Assembly: GCA_965223325.1 (NCBI GenBank)
Contig: CBDCWI010000002.1
Coordinates: 1,312,001 to 1,376,000 of the forward strand
DNA length: 64,000 nt
Source of the DNA: Candidatus Multivoradales bacterium
GTDB lineage: Bacteria > Acidobacteriota > Thermoanaerobaculia > Multivoradales > Multivoraceae
Reading direction: 5' to 3'
Shown here: one piece after another, positions 50,413 to 60,813 of the stretch
How positions within the stretch are numbered: the stretch's first letter is position 1
Layout: the number at the start of each line of letters is the position of its first letter
Notes under the pieces: model-generated
Database searches by the model: none
The model's input: the letters and a program-made list of their open reading frames with translations, nothing else
Told to the model about the DNA's origin: nothing
Program-made: the position numbers and the translations under genes

Positions 50413-53004
50413 CTACTCTCCGCGCAGCGCTTCGATCGGGCGCCTCCTGAGCGCCGGGATGCTCACCGCCAGGCCGGCGGCCACGGCGAGGGCGACCGCT
50501 CCGGCGAGAATCAGAAGCGGCGGGCCGACGTCGAACCTCCACTCGAGCTCGAAGGCACGGGTCACGACGGCCCATGACAGTGCGAGTGCACCGAGGCAGG
50601 CGATGCTGCCGGCGACCAGTCCGAGCAGCCCGTACTCGAGCGCCAGACTCAGGGTGACTTCGCGACGGGTCATACCCAACGTCTTGAGGAGAGCTACCTC
50701 ACGCGTACGCCGCGTCGACCCCGCGGCCAGGGCTCCGGCGAGAATGACCGTGCCGGCAATGACCGTAAAGCCACCCAGGAAACGGACCGCCCAACCGACC
50801 CTCTCCAGGAGATTCAAGACTTTCGTCAGAACGTCGCGGACCTGGAACATCAAGACACCGGGAAAGTCAGCGGCAAGCCGGTCCTGAACAAGATCTTCCC
50901 GGGTCTGCGGCAGCCGCGAAGCCATCATCGCGAAGTACGGCCAGCCGCGCGCCGAGCCCGGCTCGATGACGAGATAGAAGTTGATGCCGAAACTCTCCCA
51001 CTCGACCTCCCGAATCGACGAGACCAGAAACTCGCGCGACTCTTCGGCCACAGCCAGGACGAGGCGCGACCCCGGCTGGACCCCGATCTCTTCGGCGAAC
51101 TCGCGCTCGACACTGACTTCCGCGTGGTCGGCGTCCTGCCAGAGCTCTCTCACCTGGCGCCCAGAAGACTCCTCACCGAGAGCTGCCAGGATCTGGTTGT
51201 CTGGCGGCAGCTCTGACAGCCAGGTGAGTCGCTGCTCGCGAGTCAACGCCCAGCGACGGCCGCCATCATCGGTCTCTTCGGCGAGCTCGGCGGTCGATCG
51301 CCCATCGACGCTTTCGAGGCGACCGGTGATCACCGGCACCACGTTGAGATCGGTCGCGCCGGCCTCCTCCATGAGGGTGCGCACCCCGTCCAGCTGGTCC
51401 GGTTGAATGTCGACCGCGAAGACCGTCGGTGCGCCGTCTGGCAGATCGGCCTCGAGCTCAGCGCTCAAACGCCCCTCGACGAGCGCCATCGTCAACAACA
51501 CCAAGAGCCCCAGCCCCAGCGCTACGATGGCGCTCGTCGCGGCAGCACCCGGGCGAGCCATCGCCGACAGTCCCTGCCGCAGCCAGACCCGTGCGGCGCC
51601 CCGTCCGAGGTCACGTGGCAACCGTCTGACCAGCCGCGCGGTGAAGGTCGCCGCCGCCATGAGCGCCAGGGCCGTGGCGAGCACCGCACCGGTGAACGAG
51701 CTCGCAATGAGCAGGTCGCGCGACTGGCCCCAGGCCATCGCCGCGATACCGATGACGACGAATAGAGCGGTTGCCAAGGCTGCCTTGTGCGTGCCAGGCG
51801 GCGGTTCGGCGTCGCGACGTAGAACGCGCACCGGCGGCACCCGTAGAAGAACCAGCAAGGTGGGCACTGAGAACACCAGGGCAACGCTCACCCCGAGGAG
51901 CAGCCCTTCGATCACCGCCAGCGGCTGCCAGGGGCGAACCAGGCCGGGCGGCAGCAGATCGGCCGCCATCCAGCGTGGCACCCACCATTGGATCAAGATC
52001 CCGACCAGCGCACCGAGTGCACTGCCGACCACTGCCAGGCTCGCGACTTGACCGACGAAGAGCAGTGCCACCTCGCGCGGTCGCATGCCGATCGCTCGCA
52101 ACACCGCAACCGCATCGAGCCGCGCCGCCAGCCAGGCGCGAACGGTCTGGGCGACCCCCACGCCACCAACCAGGAGCGAGAGCAGAGCGCCGAGGCCCAG
52201 GAAACGGTCGAGCCGATCGATCACTCGCCTGAGGCCCGGCTGCGCATCGCGGTACGTCTGCACCGAGTACAGATGGCCTGGCAGGAGTTCTTCGAGGTTC
52301 TCTTCGAGTCGCTCGAGAGCATTGGCGGTGGTGTGTTCTTCCGGTAGCCGCACCAGGGTGCGTTGAAAGACTGTGCTAGTGACCAGGGCGAGCGGAGTGC
52401 TCTCGAAGCCACCACCGCTCATCAACACGCGGGGCCCGAGGCGAAATGCTTCGCCAACGCTGTCCGGCTCCGCAGTCACCACCCCCGCGACGCGGAACTC
52501 CACCCCTGCCAGCATCACCTCCTCCCCCACCTGCACGTCGATGCGATCGAGCAACGACTGCGCCACGACGACTGACCGATCGTCGAGCAGCTGGCCGAGG
52601 CCACCCACGGGCTCGAGAACGAGGTCACCATAGAAGGGATAGGCCCCGTCGACCGCTTTGACCTCGACCAGTTGGCTGGCTCCCGGGTCACCATCGGGGC
52701 GGATGGCCGACACCACTCCAGCCAACTCTCGAATGAGCGACCTCTCGGCGCCCAGAGGCTCCAGGACCTCGGCCCAGACGCGTTCGAGATCGGGGGTCGG
52801 CTCGCCGCGAACATAGATCGCAAGATCGGCTGCCAGGAGCTTCCGTGCTTCGCTACGTATTCCCGCATCGAGACTGCGCGAGAAACCCGACACTGCGACC
52901 ACTGCCGCAACTCCAACCGCCAGACAGAGAACAAAAAACGAGAGCCGTCCGCCGCTACCGCGCAGGTCGCGCAGCAACAACCGCCACCAGGTTCCGGCCG
53001 TCAC
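50413..53004 (-). CDS. ybbP: YbbP-like ABC transporter permease (duplicated FtsX)
   Basis: LAVGVAAVVAV, LLAADL, VKAVDGAYPFYG, VDIQPDQ, REVEWESFGINF, REVALLKTLG. Confidence 0.88.
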   Translation of the reverse strand: MTAGTWWRLLLRDLRGSGGRLSFFVLCLAVGVAAVVAVSGFSRSLDAGIRSEARKLLAADLAIYVRGEPTPDLERVWAEVLEPLGAERSLIRELAGVVSAIRPDGDPGASQLVEVKAVDGAYPFYGDLVLEPVGGLGQLLDDRSVVVAQSLLDRIDVQVGEEVMLAGVEFRVAGVVTAEPDSVGEAFRLGPRVLMSGGGFESTPLALVTSTVFQRTLVRLPEEHTTANALERLEENLEELLPGHLYSVQTYRDAQPGLRRVIDRLDRFLGLGALLSLLVGGVGVAQTVRAWLAARLDAVAVLRAIGMRPREVALLFVGQVASLAVVGSALGALVGILIQWWVPRWMAADLLPPGLVRPWQPLAVIEGLLLGVSVALVFSVPTLLVLLRVPPVRVLRRDAEPPPGTHKAALATALFVVIGIAAMAWGQSRDLLIASSFTGAVLATALALMAAATFTARLVRRLPRDLGRGAARVWLRQGLSAMARPGAAATSAIVALGLGLLVLLTMALVEGRLSAELEADLPDGAPTVFAVDIQPDQLDGVRTLMEEAGATDLNVVPVITGRLESVDGRSTAELAEETDDGGRRWALTREQRLTWLSELPPDNQILAALGEESSGRQVRELWQDADHAEVSVEREFAEEIGVQPGSRLVLAVAEESREFLVSSIREVEWESFGINFYLVIEPGSARGWPYFAMMASRLPQTREDLVQDRLAADFPGVLMFQVRDVLTKVLNLLERVGWAVRFLGGFTVIAGTVILAGALAAGSTRRTREVALLKTLGMTRREVTLSLALEYGLLGLVAGSIACLGALALSWAVVTRAFELEWRFDVGPPLLILAGAVALAVAAGLAVSIPALRRRPIEALRGE

Positions 53005-53753
53005 GGTTCCAGGGCGCCGCCGGCAGGAACCGAAACGCTTTCGTCGCGCTCGACCTTGCCGTCGCGCAACCAGATCTGACGCTCGGCCAGGCGCGCGACC
53101 GCCGGATCATGAGTCACGAGAACCAGAGTTGTACCTTCGCGGCGCTTGAGGTTGGCGAGCACTTCGAGGACCGCCGCGCCGGTGGTGCCATCGAGATTGC
53201 CGGTCGGCTCATCGGCAAACAGAACCGCGGGCCGCGCGGCAAAGGCGCGCGCCAAGGCGACACGTTGCTGTTCGCCACCGGACAGCTGCACCGGATAGTG
53301 GTGCCCACGTTCGAACAGACCAACCTGCTCGAGAAGCTCGTCGGCGCGGGCTCGAGCCGCCGTCTCGCCGCGGAGCTCGAGCGGCAACATGACGTTCTCA
53401 CGGGCGGTGAAGTTGGTGAGCAGCTGAAACGACTGAAACACGAAGCCGACGCGCTGGCGCCGCAGGAGGGCAAGCTGGTCCTCGTTCATTTCGTATAGGG
53501 GCTGGCCGTCGATCCATACGTCACCCCGCGAAGGTCGGTCCAACCCTGCGAGTAGACCCAGGAGCGTCGACTTTCCACTTCCCGACGGACCGAGAATGGC
53601 GATGAACGAACCGCGCGCGACCTCGAGGTCGACACCGTCGAGCACCGTGATCCAACGATCACCCGAGGGAAGCACACGGGTGAGATCGCGGGCTCGAACC
53701 GCGACGTCCGGCTCCTCTTCGCTCTCTTGATCTTCTCGCAACAGTCGTGTCAC
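53001..53753 (-). CDS. ybbA: YbbA-like ABC transporter ATP-binding protein
   Basis: GPSGSGKST, LSGGEQQRV, FADEPTGNLD, VTHD. Confidence 0.9.
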   Translation of the reverse strand: MTRLLREDQESEEEPDVAVRARDLTRVLPSGDRWITVLDGVDLEVARGSFIAILGPSGSGKSTLLGLLAGLDRPSRGDVWIDGQPLYEMNEDQLALLRRQRVGFVFQSFQLLTNFTARENVMLPLELRGETAARARADELLEQVGLFERGHHYPVQLSGGEQQRVALARAFAARPAVLFADEPTGNLDGTTGAAVLEVLANLKRREGTTLVLVTHDPAVARLAERQIWLRDGKVERDESVSVPAGGALEP

Positions 53754-53829
53754 GGCGCTTGGAAGGTTTCCTATCCCCAGAAGAGGGGTGTCGGCGGACC
53801 CTATCGAAATCCACTACCCTCAGGCAGAA

Positions 53830-54609
53830 ATGGAAACGACGACGTCCAACAGCCGCTCGATTGCCGATTCGGTAGCCGTCATCACCGGCGCCGGCAGCGG
53901 TATGGGTCGCGCAACGGCGCGACTGTTCGCCGCCGAGGGCGCTCACGTCGCAGCCTGTGAGATCAACCGCGACAACCTCGACCAGGTTGCGGGCGAGATC
54001 GAAGCTGCCGGCCACTCGATCCTCGCTTGCCCCATCGACCTCCGGGACGCCGAGGCGATCAAGGGAACCGTCGAGGAGATCGCCGAGCGATTCGGTGGCA
54101 TCGACATTCTGGTCAACAACGCCGGCATCTCACGGCCAGGCCCGGTCGACAGTAACGACTACGAGGCGCGCTGGGCCGAAAGCCTCGAGGTCCTTCTGAC
54201 CGCACAGGTTCGCCTGGTCCGGGCCGCGCTCCCCTACCTCAAGCAGGCGCGAGCGCCGAGGATCATCAACATCGCCTCCACCGAAGGGCTCGGGGCAACG
54301 GCGCAGAACAGCCCCTACTCGGCGGCCAAGCACGGCGTCGTCGGCCTGACGCGGTCGCTGGCGGTCGAGCTCGGTCGCTTCGGCATTACCGTCAACTGCA
54401 TCTGCCCGGGTCCGATCAACACCAACATGACGGCTGCCATACCGGAAGAGCACAAGGCGACCTACGCCCGTCGCCGCACGGCGCTCCGTCGCTACGGGGA
54501 GCCCGAAGAGGTCGCCCAGATGACCCTCAGCCTGGCGCTACCGGCGGCCTCATTCGTCACTGGCGTCGCGCTACCGGTCGACGGAGGCTTGACGGTACGC
54601 CGCGCCTAG
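53830..54609 (+). CDS. SDR-family oxidoreductase
   Basis: TGAGSGMG, NNAG, YSAAKHG, VDGG; start at 53830 or 53788. Confidence 0.93.
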   Translation: METTTSNSRSIADSVAVITGAGSGMGRATARLFAAEGAHVAACEINRDNLDQVAGEIEAAGHSILACPIDLRDAEAIKGTVEEIAERFGGIDILVNNAGISRPGPVDSNDYEARWAESLEVLLTAQVRLVRAALPYLKQARAPRIINIASTEGLGATAQNSPYSAAKHGVVGLTRSLAVELGRFGITVNCICPGPINTNMTAAIPEEHKATYARRRTALRRYGEPEEVAQMTLSLALPAASFVTGVALPVDGGLTVRRA

Positions 54610-54638
54610 CAGTCGGGCTGCTCCGCCAGCTTCCGTCG

Positions 54639-55694
54639 TCACAGTGAGCTGACCAGGCGAAGAGCGGCGTTCGCCATGTCGTCGATGCGACTCTTGTAGC
54701 CGTCCGTATCGAAGCCCTCGTTGACCATCACGCCCTTGATGTAGCGCGCCATGACCCCTTCGCAGATCGCGGCCAGGCGCCAGTGCTGAAACGCCTGGTA
54801 GTAGGCCACACCCGAGGTGTCGTAGCCGGTTTTCGCGCTATAGCGTTCGAGCCACTCGGCGCGGCTCGGGAAGCCGGCGGCAGCCGATGGCGGTGCGGCC
54901 GAGCGCGGTTCGTCGGCCTCATCGGGCTCGACCCAGTTGTTGAGCAGATACCCGAGATCTGCGAGCACGTCTCCTAGGGTGCACAGTTCCCAGTCGAGTA
55001 CCGCTCTGACCGTGCCGTCTTCGCGGGACAGCATGTTGCCGAGGCGGTAGTCGCCGTGCACGATGCCGGTGTAGAGCTGCTCGGGCTTGGCTTCGAGCAG
55101 AAGGGCGTAGGCGTCTTCCATGGCCGCCAGCTCGCGCGTTTTGGAGTCGTTCCACTGCCGACGCCAGCGCTTCAACTGGCGGTCGAGGTAGGCCTCCTTG
55201 CGGCCCAACTTTCCAAGACCGATGGCGTCCGGGTCGACGAGATGGAGGTCGGCCAGAACATCCGCCGTCGCCAGACCGAGCTTGTGGCGGGACTCTGGTT
55301 GCGGTATTGCCTCTTCGGCGCGCTCTACGTTGTCGAGCACATGACCGGCAACGAACTCCATGACGTAGAAGGGCGCGCCATTGACCGATTCGTCTTCGCA
55401 CAGACCGAGAAGGCCAGGCACCGGCACCTCGGTCTGGTTGATTCCCACCAGGATGCGATGCTCGCGCGCCATGTCGTGCGCCGTCTTGAGAACTGCACCG
55501 AGCGGCGGGCGCCTCAAGACGTAGGTCTGCCCCGCGGCATCCACAACGCGGTAGGTGAGATTCGAGTGACCGCCTACGATCGGCTGGAAGCGAAGCGGCG
55601 GCTGGGCCGCCGCAACGTGCTCTTCGAACCAGGAGGTGACCGCGTGCGCCTCGATTCCCTTAGGAGTCAAAGCGCGGGATTCGTCTGCCGTCAT
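54639..55694 (-). CDS. Phosphotransferase (APH-like, ACAD10/11 N-terminal type)
   Basis: GGHSNLTY, VLRRPP, AHDMARE, HGDYRLGN, LDWEL. Confidence 0.92.
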   Translation of the reverse strand: MTADESRALTPKGIEAHAVTSWFEEHVAAAQPPLRFQPIVGGHSNLTYRVVDAAGQTYVLRRPPLGAVLKTAHDMAREHRILVGINQTEVPVPGLLGLCEDESVNGAPFYVMEFVAGHVLDNVERAEEAIPQPESRHKLGLATADVLADLHLVDPDAIGLGKLGRKEAYLDRQLKRWRRQWNDSKTRELAAMEDAYALLLEAKPEQLYTGIVHGDYRLGNMLSREDGTVRAVLDWELCTLGDVLADLGYLLNNWVEPDEADEPRSAAPPSAAAGFPSRAEWLERYSAKTGYDTSGVAYYQAFQHWRLAAICEGVMARYIKGVMVNEGFDTDGYKSRIDDMANAALRLVSSL

Positions 55695-55861
55695 TGTCGG
55701 ACTCGCTCGTGGGCTTGGCTTGAGTGCATTCGGCGCAGATCGTACACCGCTCGTAAGACCGACGTTCATGAGAGCGCTGAACGTGCAACCGAGTGGGGCG
55801 TGCGCGTCGCATGGTGCGCGTCGTATCGATCGGGCGAGTCGGGCGAGGCTTGCGCGGCTCG

Positions 55862-57766
55862 TCAGGCGCCGCGACGAATCCGGCGCTTCTGCAAGTACAT
55901 CGCCTGGTCGGCGCGACCGAGCACCGCCTCGTACTCTTCGTCCGGCGACGCCACTGCGACCCCGACGCTCGCATGGGCCTTGAGCTCCCCGAAGCTGCCG
56001 GTAATCGGGCGTTCGAGGGCAACGCGCACTCGACTGGCGACTCGTTCGGCCTGTTCGCGATCCGTCTGCTCCAGCAGGACGACAAACTCGTCGCCGCCAA
56101 AACGGGCGATCGCATCGGTCGGTCGACAAACGCGTTGCAGCCGTTCTGAGACCTTACTCAACACTGTGTCTCCGACCTCGTGACCGTAGGTGTCGTTGAT
56201 CGGCTTGAACGAGTCGAGGTCGAGGAAAAGCAAGGCATAGCTCGGACCTCCGCCGCAAAGCCGTCGGTGGGCACGCTCCACTCGCTCGGTGATGGCCTGC
56301 CGATTGAGCAGACCCGTCAGCGCGTCGTGGTTTGCCAGCAGGCGAAGCGCCTCGCGCTCGGCGCGCACCTGAGTGACCAGATCGAGCAACAAGATGAAGC
56401 CCTTGATCTCGCCATTGGGACACCGCCAGGGCCGCTCTTCCCAGCGTACCCACTCGAGGCGTCCGTCGTTGAGGGTCAGACTGTCCTCATCACAGGCCTC
56501 GACGTGTCCCAGGTCGAGAACCTTGTGATGGACGCTCTCCCACAGACCGCGGTGATCGGGAAGCAGGTCGTAGAAGCTCTCCCCGGAAGCATCGGTGTCG
56601 CCGAGGTTGAGAGTCTGTTTCCAGCGCGCGCTGGCGGTGATGAGTCGCGCATTGCGGTCGAACATCGCCACCGCCGCCGGCGTGTTCTCGACGAAAATGC
56701 GCATTTGTTCTTCCGATTCGCGACGCGCACGGTCCATCAGTTTCTGGGCCGTGATATCACGCAGGATGAGACGAAGACCGTCCGGCTCCTGGCCCTTCAT
56801 GATGAGTGCGGGTACACCCTCCGCCTCGATCAGACGACCGTTGCGACCAACCAGGCGCATCTCGACACGCTCCGGTACATCGCCCCTGGCGGTGGCTTCG
56901 AGAATGCCTTCGACCGTAGGTTTGTCACTAGGATGCACGACGTCCTGCCAGGCCAGCCGCGGCATGTCATGACGTTGGTAGCCCAGGGCTTCGAGCCAGG
57001 AACCGTTGACGAAGCGCAGGTTGCCGTCGAGGTTGACGCTCTGGATGAGGTCCGGGGTGCCTTCGACGATGCCGCGGTAGCTCTCTTCACGTCGATGAAG
57101 CGACTCTAGAGCGGCCGAGAGTTGCCGATCGCCGGAGGCGCGAATCCGGCTCACCAGGATACCCAGCAGCAGGGCCGCGCAAATGTAGGGCCAACTGGCG
57201 ATCAACTCAACCGAGGAGATCGATAAAGCTGTTCCTACCCACATCAAGGTCATGATGGAGACCACCGATGCCAACCAACGTAGCGAGAACCCCAACGCCC
57301 CCGTCAGGACGACGATTGTTGCCGCCAGAGCTCCCTGGCGCTCCTCCAACACCACCTGGTAGACGAACATGACGTTGCCCATCGCCAGAATCACAAGTGC
57401 ACCGGCCAGGAGTTGATACGCCTGCTGGTCCCAGTCGCGGGTCTTGACGTAGCGCGACGCGCTCCACCAGATCGAACCGATCGCCAGATTGACCATCGGT
57501 ATGGACTTCATCTCCGGCATTGGGAAGCGGAGGTAGTTGATGACCGAAAAGAGCAGGAGAATCGAGGCTCCCCCGAGGCCCAGAACCCAGAGGGTGCGCT
57601 GGCGGCCCGCTTGCACCGCGGATTCGATGTTCACGGCCGCGACCGGGTGGTCATTCCCGAACAGGGTTTCGTGGGTGTGCCTGGCGAGCCGACGATGGCC
57701 CGGCGCACCAGCCACGGCCGTGGCCTCGGGGCCGGGCTGGCGGGCGACCTGGTCGGCAATAGCCAT
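55862..57766 (-). CDS. Membrane PAS-PAS diguanylate cyclase (GGDEF)
   Basis: N-terminal TMs; two PAS domains; HDALTGLLNR, RPTD I-site, RFGGDEF, ADQAMY. Confidence 0.93.
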   Translation of the reverse strand: MAIADQVARQPGPEATAVAGAPGHRRLARHTHETLFGNDHPVAAVNIESAVQAGRQRTLWVLGLGGASILLLFSVINYLRFPMPEMKSIPMVNLAIGSIWWSASRYVKTRDWDQQAYQLLAGALVILAMGNVMFVYQVVLEERQGALAATIVVLTGALGFSLRWLASVVSIMTLMWVGTALSISSVELIASWPYICAALLLGILVSRIRASGDRQLSAALESLHRREESYRGIVEGTPDLIQSVNLDGNLRFVNGSWLEALGYQRHDMPRLAWQDVVHPSDKPTVEGILEATARGDVPERVEMRLVGRNGRLIEAEGVPALIMKGQEPDGLRLILRDITAQKLMDRARRESEEQMRIFVENTPAAVAMFDRNARLITASARWKQTLNLGDTDASGESFYDLLPDHRGLWESVHHKVLDLGHVEACDEDSLTLNDGRLEWVRWEERPWRCPNGEIKGFILLLDLVTQVRAEREALRLLANHDALTGLLNRQAITERVERAHRRLCGGGPSYALLFLDLDSFKPINDTYGHEVGDTVLSKVSERLQRVCRPTDAIARFGGDEFVVLLEQTDREQAERVASRVRVALERPITGSFGELKAHASVGVAVASPDEEYEAVLGRADQAMYLQKRRIRRGA

Positions 57767-57970
57767 AGCTTGCCGACCCTAGCTCATTTTCTTGATTTTC
57801 ACCAAAAAACATGGATTCTCTTGTCAGGCGTTGAACCCGCCGGTGGGCTCTTCTGAGCCTAAGCGCTACGATTCCTCCACCCGCCCAGCCACTGGATCGG
57901 GAGGTCTGACGGCCCTTCGACTCCCCTCGACTTCACTTCTCCGAGCTTCACGCCCTCCTTAACGCCAGAG

Positions 57971-59449
57971 ATGAGCGACCTGAACCTCCGCATTGCCGCG
58001 CTCCGTGGCACCATCTGGTCCGCGCTCCGGCAGGCAGCGGACCAGGGCATTCGCATGGTGCTCTACCTGATCCTGGCGCGGCTGGTCGAGCCCGATGCGT
58101 TCGGACAGTTCGCCATGGCGCTGGTGTGGACCGACATGGTGGGGGTATGTATCTACTCGGGACTCGCCGATGCCCTGGTCCAGAAGCCATCCGTCGAGAA
58201 CCAGCACTTCGAGAGCGTCTTGTGGTCGACGGTGGTCCTGGCCGTGGTAGTGAGCACGGCCAACGGCCTCGCGGCGCCCCTTGTGCAGCGCATCTTGCGT
58301 GCATCTGATCTCTCACCGATCCTGCTGTCGATGTCACCGCTGATCGTGCTCGCAACTCTCGCGGCAACGCACGACGCATGGTTTCGCCGCCAGCTCGACT
58401 TTCGAACCCTGGCCATTCGTGAGCTGGTCTCGCGCTCATGCGGAGCGCTCATTGGCGTTTTCTTGGCGGTGCGCGGTCACGGGATCATGAGTCTTGTCGC
58501 TTTCGAAACCACGACTCGAATCGTCGCTGTTGTGTACTTCTGGTTGGTCTGTCCGTGGAGACCGCGTCTGCGCTTTTCGCGCAACCATCTCGCAGGGCTC
58601 CTACCCTTCGGCTCGCGCATGACCGGCGTCGCGCTCCTGAACCTGATGCTTCAGCGGGGAGACAATCTCCTGGTTGGGACGATCCTCGGGGCGCGAGCGC
58701 TGGGGTTCTACTCGATTGCCAAAACTCTCGTCTTCGGGCTCTATCAGCTGGTCACGAATACGCTGGGACTGGTCGCTACATCGATGCTGTCGCGCCTTCA
58801 AGATGACGCGACGCGCTTTGGTCGGGCCGTTGGCCAAGCCACCGCGTTCTCGGCGCTGGTGCGGCTGCCGGCTATCGCCGGTCTCTTCCTGCTCGCTGAC
58901 CCGCTGGTGCGCCTTCTGTTTACCGACACCTTTGCGCCTGCCGTGCCGGTTGCCAGGGGTCTAGCGGCAGCGGCCTTCGTCATGGTCCTCTTCGGTCACA
59001 ACCGGGTGGCCTTGACGGCGTTGGGTCGCGTCGACCTTCGCCTCGGGCTCGAGGTATTGGGCGCGGTTGCGATCCTCGGTGGGGTCGTCGTGGGGAGTTA
59101 CTGGGGTGTCGAGGGGGCGGCGCTTGGTATGGCGGTCGCAGCCCTTCTGACCTGGCCTTTCGAAATCCGCTGGAGTTTGCGACCGCTACCGATCCGCTGG
59201 GGAGAGTTCGCACGAGCACTGGCCGCACCGATTGTTGGCACCCTGATGATGATGGCGGCGGTCGGTCTGGCGCTTCAGCGCACTGGGAGTGAGCCACGCG
59301 CCGGCGTCGTCGCGGCGCTGGTCGCACTCGGAGCTTTCTCCTACGTCGTGACTCTTCTGGTCGTCGCGCCCGAGCTCGTGAGAGACGCCTTTCGAAACCT
59401 GCGGCTGGCGGGTCGCGGTACGCCCGACGAACCGACCCCCTCATCATGA
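57971..59449 (+). CDS. Wzx-type polysaccharide flippase (PST family)
   Basis: RGTIWS, LARLVEPDAFG, RRQLDFR, DNLLVG..LG...LGFY; many TM segments. Confidence 0.9.
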   Translation: MSDLNLRIAALRGTIWSALRQAADQGIRMVLYLILARLVEPDAFGQFAMALVWTDMVGVCIYSGLADALVQKPSVENQHFESVLWSTVVLAVVVSTANGLAAPLVQRILRASDLSPILLSMSPLIVLATLAATHDAWFRRQLDFRTLAIRELVSRSCGALIGVFLAVRGHGIMSLVAFETTTRIVAVVYFWLVCPWRPRLRFSRNHLAGLLPFGSRMTGVALLNLMLQRGDNLLVGTILGARALGFYSIAKTLVFGLYQLVTNTLGLVATSMLSRLQDDATRFGRAVGQATAFSALVRLPAIAGLFLLADPLVRLLFTDTFAPAVPVARGLAAAAFVMVLFGHNRVALTALGRVDLRLGLEVLGAVAILGGVVVGSYWGVEGAALGMAVAALLTWPFEIRWSLRPLPIRWGEFARALAAPIVGTLMMMAAVGLALQRTGSEPRAGVVAALVALGAFSYVVTLLVVAPELVRDAFRNLRLAGRGTPDEPTPSS

Positions 59450-60813
59450 GCCTGGCTGAGCTGGCGGCCAGCTGGGCGTGGGTGGGTGCGGGGGGAGGGG
59501 TGGCTTTCGTCATCTGGGGGTGGCGAGGCGGCCGACGATGGCCCGTTCTGGCGGTGATCGCGCTTGGCTTGATGGTCGACGTCGCGATTGTGCAGAAGAA
59601 CCTGACGCAGCATCGTGAGTGGGACGTCCTGGCGTTCTGGCTGCCCGCAGTCGCGGCGATCGAGGGCGCCGACCCGTGGCAAGAAGGAGCTCTCGAGGAG
59701 GTCGAGACGCCGTTCGAGGTGACCGACGGGTTCCGTCGGGAGGTGATCGAGAGCGGATTCCTTCATCCACCGACCGGCCTGTTGCCCTACCTGTGGATGG
59801 GGGTCTTGCCCTTCGAAGCGGCGGCAACGATCTGGTACGCGTTTCTCGGGCTTGGCGTCTTCCTGCTGGCGCGGCGCCTCGGTGGGCTCGAGTGGGGTGA
59901 AGGTCGAGGGCTTGGCAGTGGTCTGCTACTGGCGCTTCTGGTACTCCTTCTGCCAACCCACCTCGCAATCGCCAACGGCCAGACCGCACCATGGGTCGTG
60001 CTGTTGTTGGCAGTAGCACTGCAACTCGGGGGTTCGGCTGCCAATTCAAACGGCGCGACGCGAGGCAGCGGGCGACGACGGGTGGGGGATGGAGCCAGCT
60101 GGGTCGAGGGGGTGGCGCTGGGACTCGCCGTCATCCTCAAGCCGTACGCGGCGGCAGTGCTCTTGCCGTGGGCGATCGCGCGGCGGTGGGTCGCATGCAT
60201 CGCGACGGCGGGTACGGTCCTCGCTTCCGGCCTTCTCGCAACGATGCTGCTTGGCCCGCGGATCTGGGGGAGCTGGATCGAGCGACTCGACCGGGTTCCG
60301 ACGGAACAGTTCTTGGAGACGCAGAACCAGTCGATCGGAGGACTCTTGGGGCGTTTCGGTCTCGTCGGGGCAGAGAGCCTGCCGTTTCACGCGGTCGTCG
60401 TCGGGGCGGGTGTCGTGTGGGCGCTGGTCGTCGTGGCGCTGGCCTGGCGGGTGGTGCGGGTCGATAAGGCGGGCGGCTGGCGCTGGCGCGGCGTGCTCAT
60501 CGCGGCCGTGGTCGGCGGAGCATGGCTCTATCCTGGAACTCTCAAGCACTACCTGGTCGTCGTCATCCTGGCTGCGGCGTGGGCGCTAGCGGAGCTCACC
60601 GAAGCGGCGGGCGGCAGCATGCGGGTACGGGTTTCGGTAGCAGGTGCGATCATGTCGGCGTGGGCTGTGATGGCCGTCGCGCGTGGCAACGTCGGTGGAC
60701 TGGTTCTGCCGGTGGTCTGGATTGCCATCGTCTTGGCGGTCATCTGGACACGACGAGCCTCGGGTTGCGGACCGCGAAACGAGGGGGAAAACAAGGAGGG
60801 AGTGAGGCCGTGA
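59446..60813 (+). CDS. GT87/DUF2029-family GT-C glycosyltransferase
   Basis: WDVLAFW, FLHPP, NGQ, LKPY, NQS and HY motifs in a polytopic membrane protein. Confidence 0.8.
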   Translation: MSLAELAASWAWVGAGGGVAFVIWGWRGGRRWPVLAVIALGLMVDVAIVQKNLTQHREWDVLAFWLPAVAAIEGADPWQEGALEEVETPFEVTDGFRREVIESGFLHPPTGLLPYLWMGVLPFEAAATIWYAFLGLGVFLLARRLGGLEWGEGRGLGSGLLLALLVLLLPTHLAIANGQTAPWVVLLLAVALQLGGSAANSNGATRGSGRRRVGDGASWVEGVALGLAVILKPYAAAVLLPWAIARRWVACIATAGTVLASGLLATMLLGPRIWGSWIERLDRVPTEQFLETQNQSIGGLLGRFGLVGAESLPFHAVVVGAGVVWALVVVALAWRVVRVDKAGGWRWRGVLIAAVVGGAWLYPGTLKHYLVVVILAAAWALAELTEAAGGSMRVRVSVAGAIMSAWAVMAVARGNVGGLVLPVVWIAIVLAVIWTRRASGCGPRNEGENKEGVRP

